DNA of 63,910 nucleotides, filler included, from Reticulomyxa filosa (GCA_000512085.1; 12 parts of 12 records of this genome joined end to end with filler, not necessarily neighbours in it), one strand, 5' to 3'. Positions 13,977 through 27,020 are shown, counted from the whole stretch's first letter. Notes: generated from the sequence alone by a model not told the origin. A program made the numbers and translations.

Positions 13977-15127
13977 ACACACACACGTGAACAAGAGATG
14001 TTTGGTGGAGCTTCGAAAAAAGCCCGGAGGGAGTGGTAGAGAATGAAGAAGGACAGACGGTTATTAAAAGCTGCATGAAGAATTGCAAGAAAAAAAGACG
14101 ACGTGGAGGAAAAGCGTTGAAAGGAGCAATTGGATAAATATGTTAAATAAGTTAGAAAAACGAAAGAAGAATTGGAGCAATTGAACTTCGCAGTCCAGTG
14201 CGCAATGAAATAGTTGAAGCTCGCCACATCGCAACGCGCAACTTGGAGCAAGAGAAGCAAGAAAACCTCGTCAAAACATCTCTCGAATGCCAAGCATTCA
14301 CGAAATAGCAATGTTGCAAAACAGAGTCTGACACTGTTTCACGACTGACAAATGGACCCATGGCATCATCGTCATCATCATCATCATCAACAAGGACGTC
14401 AAAGATATAATGACACGGCGATGGCAATGTGAATGAAAATACTGCCAATTGCTGATGAATATTTACAATGCACGTAAAAATGAACTGTTGTGAGCTTTTG
14501 ATGAGTTTGACGCTGTCATTTGATGACGATGATGAGGATTAACAACAATTCGTTCCTGCAGAGAGTCCTTTGCCTAGAGAGAGATAGAGAGAGAGAGAGG
14601 AGAATGACCATAATGATAATCAAATTGACGCAAATGTGCAAGACAAAGCTCAAATAATTCCGTATGTACTGAAAGAATATCTGCACTTGACTGCTACCGC
14701 GGTGAAAATAAAATACCCGAAAGTGAATGTGTGGAGTCGGACGAACTGATTCCGCAAAGTGCAATTCGAACCTTTTTTTGTAACTACTTTGAACGCATGA
14801 CTCAGATTATGCAGGCCGAAGAAGCAAAGGCCAAAAAGATTGCCAAGTCTAATGCCACCACGCCACATGCACCCAGCACTTATGAGTCGTTTTTCTACAG
14901 GGTCAAACAGAAGATGTTCGGCTTTGTTCAAATGCCTACTCCGTCACCCACGTCGCCGCCTGATCCACCTCAAAATCTTCTTTCTCCTTCGTCTCATAGA
15001 GTTTTGTAAATAATAATAACATATTTATACTTTACATTTTCATTTGCTCGTATTTGTTTTTCTCTGCAGGGGAATACACAAACATTGCGTGATTCGATGG
15101 AAAGTTCCTGACAATAAGCCTGTCAAC
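13977..15127 (+). CDS. Fragment of an uncharacterised coiled-coil protein with many frameshifts (low-quality sequence or pseudogene)
   Basis: Protein-like blocks switch frames (LHEELQEKK, KEQLDKYVK, RNEIVEARHIATRNLEQEKQEN, EEYLHLTATAVKIKYPKVN). A likely intron ends at CAG 15069. Confidence 0.45.
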
Positions 15128-15261
15128 NNNNNNNNNNNNNNNNNNNNNNNNNNNNNNNNNNNNNNNNNNNNTTAATTAATTAANNNNNNNNNNNNNNNNN
15201 NNNNNNNNNNNNNNNNNNNNNNNNNNNAAAAAAAAAAAAAAAACATGAAATAAAGAATCGG

Positions 15262-17693
15262 TTGAGTGAAACATTACGTCGCACACGACGCACATCGTCT
15301 CGATTGTTATCATTTATAGAAAGCTTGCCACCGATTCCTGGTGGCGATGATGACAAGAAGAACAAAAGCAGACATCGAGGTAGAGACATGTGTGTGAATA
15401 AATGGGGCTTAAAAGTGAAAGCAAAAAAAGAAAAGGAAGAAAAAGAAGAAGAAGTAAAGGAAGAGGAGGAATTACTGTCACTGAATGAACACATTGAAGA
15501 AAGAAAACGACGTGGACGCACAAGGGACGAACGAATGGACAGCGGACTCGATCGACTCACCACGCAACGATCGCAGTCGTTACCTCGAGTGATCGACGCT
15601 GCGAACAATCCGATTGCTATCGATGACAATGACAATGACAATGACAGTGACAATGGCAATGACAATGGCAATGACAATGATAATGACGAATCTTATACGC
15701 AATCCCCTTGTCCTTGTCCTTGTCCTTGTCCTTGTCCTTATCCTTATCCTTATCCTTATTCTTATCCTCTTCCCTCCCCTTCTCGCCCACTCTCTCATTT
15801 CCATAGTCATCGTCTCGTTGCTCCACCACCATCACCTCCATCCTTACCACTTCCTTCTTCTCCTGCTCTACTCCATTCGCTTCCGGACTCGATAGACATC
15901 TGCAACAACCAGTTCCCACTGTTTTCTCCAATGACGGGTCGTGACCGGAGACTACCTCTTGGATACGTACCGTCCACTCCTCCCCCTTCATCTTCCTCTT
16001 CTTCCTTCTATCTGCTCGACTCTTCTTCAACTGCAAATGCAAATGCAAACACGAATTTGACTACTGTCAACGGACGTGCGTCGGTCAAACCAGTTTCATT
16101 GACTCCAACCATAACATCTGCCAACTCCAAACGTATACTCAAACCCTCAAATGCTCGTGCGAGACAACAGATGCAAGAACAACAGCAGCAATATGAAGAC
16201 GTGGCTACTCCAGCGACTGATAATGTCTTGTCTACTACACTTCCTCAACTCCATCACGACACGCGAAGTGAAGAAATACGTCATCTCAATCTCAATCACC
16301 ACAATCGCAAGTTTAATTCCAATTCCAATTCCAATTCCAATTCTAATTCCAAACAACGACCATTGACACTGCATTCGTTGAAAAAGAGGTCTTCGTGGGT
16401 CGGTCCGAGTGACTCCAAAGTCAGGTATTCGCACGTGCAGCCGGTCAACTTCCGTGCCATCCATCGCGCAATGTACCACTTGCCACGCATGCCATCGTAC
16501 CCGAATAAATCCAGCCAAGCGAACAAAGATCACTCCAAATCTAAATCTAAATCCAAAGTCAAAGCCACGCGAACACGACCACAACACGCTCTGGATTACG
16601 GCTCACATGCAACTGGCTCCGCACAAAAAGGAGGTCAATACGAAAAGCAAAAACACAATCATTGTGATGACACAATGACAATGACAATGACAATAACAAT
16701 GACAATGACAATGACAATGGCAATGACGACGATAACAGAGAATCAAAGTCAACAAAACGAAACGAAGCCGAATGGGCAAAGGAAGTATTCCGACGGGAAA
16801 ACAAAGAATCATGGGAAGAGATTCAGTTGGCGGAGGAGCTGCGGAAAAAAAAAACACAAGTGCGCGATCTCTCACATCGTAGTTCCATTGACCTGCATAG
16901 TGATGCATCTGCTCTCATCACCATGTATCTCGCTTTAGATTGGAGTCAGTTCATTTCAGGGGGTATGTTTTTGAACTTTTTTTTTTAAAAAAAAAACCAA
17001 CGTATATATCATATATATATATTAATATATTATATATATATATATATATATATGTATATGTAAGATGAGCGCAAAAGCATCGATTGGCAATGCAAATTTC
17101 GAGTGGTCATGGAAAATAATTGCTTCCTGTGGCAACTGAAAGACCGTGCTCGAAAAGAGCTTGGCATAGACACTGGGGACATTATTTTGGGAATGTATCG
17201 TCGTCTTTGGAACGATGATACTACTAAAGACACTGCCGATGTCACGTTCCGTGCTTTGAAACACGACCATTTCAAGCTAAAGCAATACTATATTCATGAA
17301 AATGATACCATTAGGGTCAGGGCTGTGCCGTCCAAAACAACATTTTCAGGGCTTTTGCAACAACCACCAATTCCCAACAAGATCTCGCCTTTTCGAGATC
17401 CTGTTCCAGCTCCCGCCACTTCTCCATGTCAAGCCAATTCCAATGAAAAGCCACGCTCACTTGCAAGCTCTAGCAATCGTTTGCTGCTTGACATACTCTC
17501 TCCAACACCCGATGAACCTTATCATATCGATTCTCTTCGCACCGGTGATAATAATAATAATAATAATGCTTTCCCTTTCTCGTGTCACAATGACGACGAC
17601 GCTGGCAGTGGAGAAGATAAATGCACTTATGAAGAAGAAAGACCAGAGACTTCACCTTCTCATAGTAACGAATTTAATCATATCTCGTACTAA
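15262..17693 (+). CDS. Low-complexity protein with a C-terminal ubiquitin-like domain, partial
   Basis: 558-codon ORF with microsatellite-encoded (ND)n, (PC/PY)n, (NS)n and (TM)n tracts. Intron about 16964-17063. Last exon reads LWQLKDRARKELGI...KLKQYYIHENDTIRV, a ubiquitin-fold-like pattern. Confidence 0.6.
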
Positions 17694-18657
17694 TATCTTT
17701 TTTTCGAACAAATATTTTTTGTTTTTATTTTTATTTTTTTAAAAAAATATTATTAATAATATTGAGAATGGTCCGACGGTGTTTGTTGTTTTTTTTTTTT
17801 TTTTTAGTGGGATTGTTGTTTGGGAAAAAAAAAGGAAGTATTGATAAGAATATTGTTTTTTTTCAAAATTTTTTAGTGTTTATGTTTACGTTTGTTTGGG
17901 TTGAGAAAATTCGGTTCGCTTTTTATTTGCTTTTGTTTTTGTTATTTTGTTCATTGTGTTTTTTAATGTAAGACCAAACATACGTACATAACTACTAACG
18001 TCGTATTATTTGTAACTAAAACAGTGCTCTCAAATATTAGACTCCAAGCAACTAGTCATGTTGCCGTTAAGGTTTTTTTATACTTGCAACAGGTTGAACT
18101 TTTTACCTGCGCCATTTCGGTCTTGCAAAAAAAAAAAAGTGTACATTGTTCTTGCAACGTAAATTTTTACAAAACAAATAAACAAAATATAGTTGTGAAT
18201 CATCCACGCGAAGTTAATAAGAAGCAATTTTGGTATTTACTTTAAAATTTATCAATACAACAGTCTGTTGACAACGCATAGTTAATTTCGTGCGTTCCAA
18301 AACACACAACCAAATAAAGCAAAAAAAACAAAAAAAAAAAAAAAACGCAAGAATAGCAGAAAAAACCACACGATAAGATCAGTTATCCAAGGCAACATTC
18401 TCTTTAGTCCTTGGCAGGATATGATAGTAATTCACTTGTTTTGGGCAAACGATCAGAAAAGTGTAGTGGCCCCAAAACAAAAATTAGATAATGCACAAGG
18501 GTCATCAGCACAAGACCCGAAAACGAAAAATATTATATAAGAAAGGAAAAAAAAAAGAAGAACAAATAAAAAAACACACATGGTCACACCCCCATCACAA
18601 GCAACATAACAAGTAAAACGAAACAAACTTTCAAGACAAAATAAGACAGCAAAGTAA

Positions 18658-19098
18658 TCAAAGTTTGGAAAAAGCAATGCATAAAACGCCAAAGAACGCA
18701 ATAGCGATGGCGACGCATAGCAGCGTAATGTTTCTAGTTCCAGTGACTTCTTTGTAAGCCAAGACCCCCCACAAAGAGGCAACAATTTGTGGCATGCCGC
18801 TGACAACAGGGAACGCCGTTTGTGTGCCCAACATCGAGACGGAGATAAAAAAGCAAATCTGGGCCAACCCCCAAACAACCCCACTCATGAGAATAGGGAA
18901 CAAAGCTTCGCCTGGCAGCGTCTGAGGATGATTTTTCGTATACGCACAGTACAATCCAAAATACACCAGCGACGTCAGCAATATTCCGCTGAAGTGGCTG
19001 TGTGTATAATCGTTCAAGTGTTTGGGATAATCTTTTCGATTGTTTTCATGTGAATTGATTTCGTATTGGACCGGGCAAAGGCTGGTACCGTAACAAAT

Positions 19099-19100
<2 letters not shown>
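18658..19100 (-). CDS. TMEM144: Transmembrane protein 144 (DMT-superfamily transporter), last exon
   Basis: DYTHSHFSGILLTSLVYF, SGVVWGLAQICFF, AFPVVSGMPQIVASLWGVLAYKEVTGTRN and LCIAFSK match the TMEM144 C-terminal half. Upstream exons are lost in the gap. Confidence 0.85.
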
Positions 19101-19130
<30 letters not shown>

Positions 19131-19230
19131 NNNNNNNNNNNNNNNNNNNNNNNNNNNNNNNNNNNNNNNNNNNNTTAATTAATTAANNNNNNNNNNNNNN
19201 NNNNNNNNNNNNNNNNNNNNNNNNNNNNNN

Positions 19231-19518
19231 TTTCATTCTTGTCTCGATTGTAATACTTTCATACTTTCCCTATTATAATGTTTTTATATTTGTCTTCATA
19301 TATGACATTTTGTATTTCTTTCATTCTTGTCACGATTGCAATACTTTCATTCTTGTATCGATTATAATGCTTTCATACTTGCACACTCGTGATGCCTTTT
19401 GTTTGTTATATTACAATATTTTAATATTTGGTAATCTTGGATTGAAATGCTTTTATACTTGCACGTTCTCGATTATTGTTTCGATTAAATGCTTTCGTTC
19501 TTGTGACGATTGTACTGC
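19231..19518. repeat. Degenerate 26-bp minisatellite
   Basis: Units such as TTTCATTCTTGTCACGATTGCAATAC at 19231, 19319, 19345, 19371 and 19493. Confidence 0.65.
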
Positions 19519-19539
19519 TTTCAACGGCTTGGTATCTTT

Positions 19540-20855
19540 GATCGAGAGCATCGATAAAGAGTCATATAATTGTTCAAGTTTCAATAAGATACATAGTTTG
19601 CCATTACTCATTACATTTATCACTCTTTCAATCGTTTGATACAAATATATGGTTGAATGCACATCTCGAAAACTTGCTTCCTGATATCACTTCTGTCGAT
19701 TCTATTGCCGCAATTCCAGAGTCGAATAAAAGCTTCTACATCACCGGTGATTCCGTTATCAACATAATATTTCTCATATCTGGCCTTTGTGAGTCTCGAG
19801 TCTGCTCAATACTGTTTCATCAAATGCAATGGCAAAAACTTATTCCAAATCACTTCCGATTTCGGCATAGCCCCTCCATAATAAAACCGAGCCAGTTTAG
19901 TGAACAAAAAGGCCTCTGTTTGCTGTTGCGTCATGCCTCCAAAGTTTTGCATTACAGCATCCACGAGCAAGTCATTGGTGAGTTCATTATGCACGCTGCA
20001 GGAATACTTCAACGAACTGGCCAACGAATAGAAATCTCGATACCCATAAAAGTCAAACTCAAACTGAGTGTCTGTCTATCTTTTATAATGTTCTGAAAGT
20101 TTTAAGCAATTCTTCGTCGTTGGATTGCGTCACTTGGTGCAAGACCATGCGATTCACCTTTGCAGCGTCTAATCTCCAATTGCTCAATCCGATAAAGCCA
20201 ATTTTCCGGTCTTCTTCTTCCAATAGTTTGTGCAGACCTTCAATGGCTGATGAGGGCTTTGTTCGGAGAGTCCAACTTCATCCAACCACAACACGGCACT
20301 TCGATTCACTTTTGCCACTATCTCTCCAGGTGCATTGGACGGGGCCGTCTTTTCTTCTTTTTCATCGAACTTTCTATCACTTGCCGATGTACGCTTCAAT
20401 TTGTCTCGGAATGCAACTGCGTTTTCCCATCGCCTTTGGAGCAGATCTGCCGTTGTCAACCTTGAACATTGAAATGACATGATAAAGAAGTCTTCGAATC
20501 CAATTCCGTCAGTCACTTGTTTTTGCTTGAGGAGGATAAATTGCTTTGGACCGTCGTCATTGCGAGAGTCTTGGAAGAGCCATGTCGTTCCACCACGATT
20601 GTCGGTGTCTTCATGACCAATCCGACCATTACAAACAGATTTTCTGAAAATGCCCAATTTTTTGCTATCCCTCGAGGAATCTCCAATGTCCTTATATATC
20701 TATCATATATATACATATATGTATATATATTTAAATTCAAATAAGTTTATACTCATACCCTTTTTTTTATTGATTGATTTGATTTTAACCTTTGGAGCAT
20801 ATTAATAACACGATCGACTATTTGGTCCAAACCCAACGTCATAACAATTGTCTTC
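19540..20855 (-). pseudogene. RNF213 (mysterin)-like AAA+ ATPase fragment, disrupted
   Basis: SENLFVM, (G)SSKTLA, FQCSRLTT, LDEVGLSEQSPHQPLKVLHKLLE, GFIGLSNWRLDAAKVNR, FYGYRDFYSL and NVMSNGKLCILLKLEQLYDSL correspond in order to the RNF213 AAA core. Several frameshifts and stops. Confidence 0.8.
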
Positions 20856-20998
20856 NNNNNNNNNNNNNNNNNNNNNNNNNNNNNNNNNNNNNNNNNNNNT
20901 TAATTAATTAANNNNNNNNNNNNNNNNNNNNNNNNNNNNNNNNNNNNNNNNNNNNAAAAAAAAAAAAAAAAGAGAGGAAATTAAAACAAAACAATTGC

Positions 20999-22537
20999 AA
21001 ACGTTTCCTTGTCGAAAGACAGAGTACAATCCTTTAGTATCCCTGATCTGACACGTATCCAAAGAGGTGGACATAAAAACTTGGACGTACCCGCCAACGT
21101 CGCTGCATATCTGACGACAGAACTCCCTCGATTCATTGTATGGAGCAATGGCAGAGACGATGATAATACCTCCGGCATTGGCGACCAAACTGGAAATAAA
21201 CCCAAGTCTGCAAATGTGCAAATTGCAATGTTCCGCAGTGAAGCCAAGATCTGTGGAAATGATGTTGCGAACATTGCTTTCATTCAAAATAGTGACCCTC
21301 CGATTTTGAATTTCCATAAGTTTCGCACGCAATGCATTGGCGAGGGTGGATTTCCCACTTGCCGGAAGTCCAGTGAGCAAAAGTGTCAATCCTTGTTTGT
21401 GACGAGGGGGATGCTGTTCCCGGAGGATTGACACTGCTTCTTTGAAAGAAAACCACTCAGGGATGTCTTGACCGGTACGTAGTCTCTCACGTACCTCCAT
21501 GCCCCCCAATTGGAGCACGGAACGACCTTCGGGGACTTGGTCTTGCGAGTAGTACGTATCGTCTTGCGGACAATAGAGCATCTGTTCAAAGGCCAGACAT
21601 TTGATCCCCAACTCTGACTCGTGTTTCACAGCCGCATCTCTAGCGTCGTAAGGACCATAAAAACCGACGTTCTTGCTGTTGTAAGCCGGGCCTGCATGGT
21701 CGCGGCCTAAAATGAAATGGGTCAGTCCATAGTTTTTCCGAATGATACAATGCCAAATAGCCTCGCGAGGACCGCCCATACGCATCGCCAATGGACACAC
21801 TGCCAAGTCCACTCGACCTTGCGGATACTTGGCCATTATTGATCGGTAGCATTTCACACGTGTGTGATGGTCTATATCTCCTGGCTTTGTCATACCAATC
21901 ACTGTTTTTTTTTTTTTTTTTTGGAGGGGAAAAAAAAAACAACATATTTTTTTAACAATAATAATAATAATAATAATAATAAGTTGAAAAATGAAGTGCA
22001 CCTGGATGAACGAGCAAATTCATTTCAGGGTCGATCTGTAAGGCTTTCTTGGTCAGTTCAAAGTGCGCTCTGTGCATGGGGTTACGTGTTTGAAAACCAA
22101 CCACTTTGTGCCATCCGCGATTTGCAAAGATACTTCGCATTTCTTCGGGTGTTTCTGTTGGCATTTAAATGTATACGTATATACGTATACATATACATAT
22201 ATATATATATGTATATATACAAATAGACATTTTTTTTTTTTGTGTTAGTTTTAAAAAAAAAAAAAATTAAAAAACTTCTCAAATCTTTGTGGTCGTAATG
22301 TAGGGGTAATTGAAACCCATGCAATTTCCCCCCGATGTACATACTCTTCGTATATTGATGTAAATAGACGACTGCAGGATGCTCAGAGTCCCCTCCAAAC
22401 ACAGCGTGCGCTTCCAAATGCTTGTCCGGCTTGTAGATGTCGTTTACTTCCAGTACTGCTATTGAATTGTATTCATTGTCACGTAGCAGTATTTCTTTCA
22501 CTCCTTTCTTTTCCATTTCCAACACCTACTCAAAACG
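20999..22537 (-). CDS. Bifunctional ATP sulfurylase / APS kinase(-like) (Sat-CysC / MET3 architecture), partial
   Basis: [31 protein letters not shown] and [13 protein letters not shown], then an APS-kinase P-loop [10 protein letters not shown] and RDTKGLY. GT-AG introns. Both ends are cut by gaps. Confidence 0.93.
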
Positions 22538-23347
22538 NNNNNNNNNNNNNNNNNNNNNNNNNNNNNNNNNNNNNNNNNNNNTTAATTAATTAANNNNNNN
22601 NNNNNNNNNNNNNNNNNNNNNNNNNNNNNNNNNNNNNTTTTCTTTGCAACCTACTGTAGTTCAAAAGCATAAGAACTAAAAATTTTTTTTGTAGTATTTT
22701 TTTTAGTGAAAATTACAATTTGGTTAAATCACATTTTGCATTATATAATGCTCGTATTCGCCATGGTATTGATTAGTCGTCAATTATTTATTTATATAAT
22801 ATAATTTGTTTCTATAAACTAGTCGCTCCACAAGTAAATTCTGAACTCAATCTTGCTTTATTCAAATGTGTACAATAATTCACAATCGAGTATTAATTTA
22901 CTTCTTTTTACTGAAACTTGTATTCGGGACTAACCTTTCGTATTACACTTAGTAACATTATTCATACAACATTATTTCATTTGCCATCTAGCTTTGTAAA
23001 GTTATTATGCTAAGTGCTTTTTGAAATGTATTCAATTCGGATGCGATGACTCATACATTGGAATACATAGTCTACTTTTAATTTCTAAACTAACATTTTT
23101 GGAAAATGCTATTTTTCTCCTATCAAATATGTTTTATCCTTTGTATTTGTTACAGCAGGTAGGACAAGTTTGGACATCCTCCACTAACATAAAAACTATA
23201 TTCAATCAAAAAATATTTTTCTTGCATTTGCATCGTCGATTGTTTTGTTTAAATTTTTACGTTCTCTGGAGCTAAAAGTTTTACCAGGATAACACCACAG
23301 TTACAACTGCCAATGAAGCTAAGGGGACACTGAATATTCAGTTATAG

Positions 23348-24025
23348 ATGTCTTCAAAAGTTGAACCAGGAATATTATTTTTATTGTCACAATCTTCATT
23401 AACACCATTTGTAGTTGCTGAACAATCCAAGATATATTTGTCGACTGTGCCGTCGCAGCCTACCCAATTTGGAACTCAATTTTGGCTGTACAGTTGCGAA
23501 AACAGTAGCGAGCGCTCAGACGGGAGGAAAACGCAAGACTGTGATATAAATGAGTCAGCAAATGAAAATCAAAGGGCACCACCGAGCACAGAAATAAGTA
23601 ACTGCAAAAAGGAAATACTTGAATCATGGTGCGCTGATAAGCCAACGCCATCGCTTTGTGTATTGAGCAACAACAATGAGAAACCAAACGAAAAAATGAG
23701 AGAGATCCAAACTGAAAACAAAGAAGCATCAATTTTTGTCAATCCGAAGCAGTTTTATCGAATTTTACGACGAAGAGAGTTGCGAACTCAATTACGAAAC
23801 CGAATGATCAGAGAACACCGGATTCAGGTTTTGTATTCCGTCAATGGCAGGACTTTTCGTTATCAATCAAGGCATAAACTAGCCCAACGTAGGCCACGAG
23901 CACCTAACGGAAAATTTCTATCCAAGCAACATCAGAGTAAGCCATCGCACAGTGAAGACAATAACCTAGTCCCACTGTGTGAAATGGAAAGCGAGAGACA
24001 CGATGGACAAGACAACACAAAATAA
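23348..24025 (+). CDS. NF-YA (CBF-B/HAP2)-like CCAAT-binding subunit, divergent
   Basis: IFVNPKQFYRILRRR (NF-YA helix A1) and RYQSRHKLAQRRPRAPNGKFL (A2/GxGGRF-equivalent region). Confidence 0.8.
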   Translation: MSSKVEPGILFLLSQSSLTPFVVAEQSKIYLSTVPSQPTQFGTQFWLYSCENSSERSDGRKTQDCDINESANENQRAPPSTEISNCKKEILESWCADKPTPSLCVLSNNNEKPNEKMREIQTENKEASIFVNPKQFYRILRRRELRTQLRNRMIREHRIQVLYSVNGRTFRYQSRHKLAQRRPRAPNGKFLSKQHQSKPSHSEDNNLVPLCEMESERHDGQDNTK

Positions 24026-24650
24026 TGTCACATTTTATAAAGTCGATACAATATTTTATTACCTTTGAACGTAAAAAGTTGTAACAAAATGTTACGATCA
24101 CATTACATCCCTCTAAAGGGTCAGTTTTATATGTAGGTTTGAAAAGGAAAAGGAATTTGCACATTTTCACTCAATTGAGCAAACGTCGCAGCCATTTCAA
24201 AAAAAAAAGATAAATCGGCAAAAAAAAAAAAAAAACCAACCTTGTACGTGGAATGCCGAGTTCAAGAGACAACCAAACAAACAATAACAGTTTTCGGAAA
24301 TTAGGGTCACAGCTTAACAAACAAAATAGAACAAAAAAAAAAAACAATCTGACCACTCAAGATACAAAACAAGAGAACACCAAAAAACAAAAAAAGAAAA
24401 AAAAAAAAAAAGCAATGGAAACGAAAGCAATGCTAAAACCCCACATTTCCATTAACAAATACATTGTTTTACACAATTAAGAAACGGCATATGAAACAAA
24501 CAAAACAAACAATATTTGATGGAAAAACAAAAAAGAAGAAAAAAAGATTGCACGAAAATAAAAGAAGAGGATACATTCAATTTGATTGCTTGTCAGTTTC
24601 TTCAGATGGAGAACAACACACACTCCAAAAAAAAAAAAAAAAAAAGTACC

Positions 24651-25451
24651 CTATTGCTGGTTCTTTGTAAAAGCCAAATCACTCGCTAGATGGTTTTCAT
24701 GTGCCGCAGAGTGAACATTCTTGCCCTGTTGCGTAGCTTTGCCTTTGGGTTTGGATTTGTTCTTTTTGACTTGTTTGGCCGTCGATTTTTTGGCCTTAGA
24801 ATTTTGCAATAACGACGACGAAGCAGGCTCACCTCCTGTCGGTTTTTCTTTTTTGGCAATTGTTCTGTTGTTTTGTGAATTTTTTTGGGGTTGCATTGAG
24901 TCATGAGACAAAGCGGAACCAATTGGCTCTTTGTTAAATTCACTTTTTTTCTCTTCCACATGCTCCATTTCAGACGCTGAAGATGGTGCACTTTCATTCT
25001 GAATCTTTTCATCGGCAATAAAAAGAGATGACAGATTTTTCTCCATCACATTACCATCGCCGTAGTGTTCAATATTATTCTGCTGCTCTATCGGGACACC
25101 ATCTTTTTCGGGGTTGTCCGCCATTTGCGAGGTATCAAATTGCATCTCTGTAATTGAGGTGATTGTGATTGATATAGTTGTGTATTGAAGTGAAGATTGG
25201 ATATTACAACTTACAAAGTTAACTCAAATGACCTTGTTTATCCCGCGGATAGCTCCATTTATCGTCTTGAACGATGGGCAACTGCAAGAAGGATGGAAGC
25301 GAAAGTGACGCTTGGTATTGCGGGAGGATGGTCTTGCGGTTTGAAGGTGTCATATGACCCTTGCCATGAGCACCGTCTTTCAACGAATCGTGTTGCGCAT
25401 TCGTCCCATCAAAGGTACGTGATTTCTTACGATTGCCTGCGATTCTGATGA

Positions 25452-25502
<51 letters not shown>

Positions 25503-25733
25503 GACTCGGAGTGCCTATCGCGGAGGGGACAGGAGCATAGTTGTGGACAGGCCGAAGGATTGGCGTGTACGGCAAGTATGCATTACTTTTCACCGCCTCA
25601 GCAAATGTTGTCGGTGGTGTACGACTCCCACTGTAATTGCCCAACACATCCCGATGGATGCTCAAAGGACTTGCGTTGGAAGCAAGACTTGGGCTGCCTC
25701 GCAACCCCAATGGAGGTCCACTTGCGGTGGCCG

Positions 25734-25764
<31 letters not shown>

Positions 25765-27020
25765 GTTGACGCGTTTATTCGAGACCGGAGTCGTGCTATC
25801 CGCATCGCTCAAAATAACAAGTCCAGAGGTATTTGACGTTGTCTAGTAAAAAAAAAAAAGAAATGTGATTACAAACAAAACCAAAATTGTATGCTTTGAA
25901 CTTTGGAGTCAACTTTGTTTGCTCAAACTGACAAAAACAAGATAACAATTGCTCCTCAACTGAATCCTTTTCGCCAAATTCCGGCCGAATTTCTTCACCA
26001 AAGCCGTTTGTACTGGAAATTGACTTTATCAAGCAATACATAGAAATCAATCCATTGAAAACATGATCATTTACAATATGTACTTTATACACGTACATAT
26101 ACATATATGTACATATATATATACATATATATGTACATACCCGTTGACCAACGAGTGGTAACTTTTCAAAGTGAAGGTCTTGGAAGGTATGAGAGGCAGG
26201 AGAAACACTCGAAAGGCCCGAAGGAGAGATAACCGACAAGTGTTGCGGGTGAGGTGTTTCCATACAACTGTCATTGTCAAATTGCAGAGACGGTACTCCA
26301 CTTTTTGTTAACTTTGGAAGCTGAATGTTTGTGATATGGGCACGTGTGCATGTTTTGTTTTTTAATATTAAAAAAAAATTGATGTTGAGCAATGGGAAAA
26401 AAAATTAAAAGGTTTGTAAGTCCTTCCCTCCTCTTCCTCTTACCTCCGTGGGATGGTTTCGATCATTGGTCGCAGTGGTGGAAATGGAATACGAATCATC
26501 CAAGTGAGGTTTATCTTTGTCGTCTCTCTTTTGCTCATTGATGCCACTTTCATTGGGATTGGATTGATCACTTGCCCATCCATTGTTGTTGTTATTGTTG
26601 TTGTTGTTATTGTTGTTGTTGTTGTCGCTGTTGCTGCTACTGTTGCTGTTAGCATGTTCACCAACTCGGATCAATGGCGGAACGTGATCGTGATTACCGG
26701 GGTGTTTGAAGTTAGCGGCCAAGGCTCGCTTTTTCGACCAATGTCCATCTGTCTCCTTCGTTCCAAATCGATCAACTGCGCCTTTGTTTTTATGTTCGCT
26801 TTGCGATTTGGTCTCGCTTTCTTCATTATTTGGCATCGTTACAAGCGCACTGGTTTGCTCGCTCATAAGCGTGTGGGCAATGGTGCTTGACGTATTGCTT
26901 TGCGATTCAAGCTGCAATGTCGGCTTCGTAGCAGATGTCTGCAATTGGCTCTTTTCTTCTTCGTCAGATTGACGGGCGATGTCGAGTAAAGATGTTGCTG
27001 GCTTTGACATGAAGTGGTTA
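24651..27020 (-). CDS. Uncharacterised low-complexity (poly-N, poly-A) protein, multi-exon, partial
   Basis: Successive GC-richer minus-strand ORFs (26405-27010, 25219-25812, 24651-25145) separated by AT/TA-repeat introns. No recognisable domain. Confidence 0.6.

Noticed and set aside
13998-14350. Apparent stop-codon readthrough, alternative genetic code or U-to-C editing (REW*RMKK..AA*RIA..KR*KEQ..VK*VRK)
   Set aside because: Equally protein-like blocks lie in the other two frames, which fits multiple indels at a contig end. PRP8 and other genes contain no in-frame stops and end in TAA/TAG/TGA.
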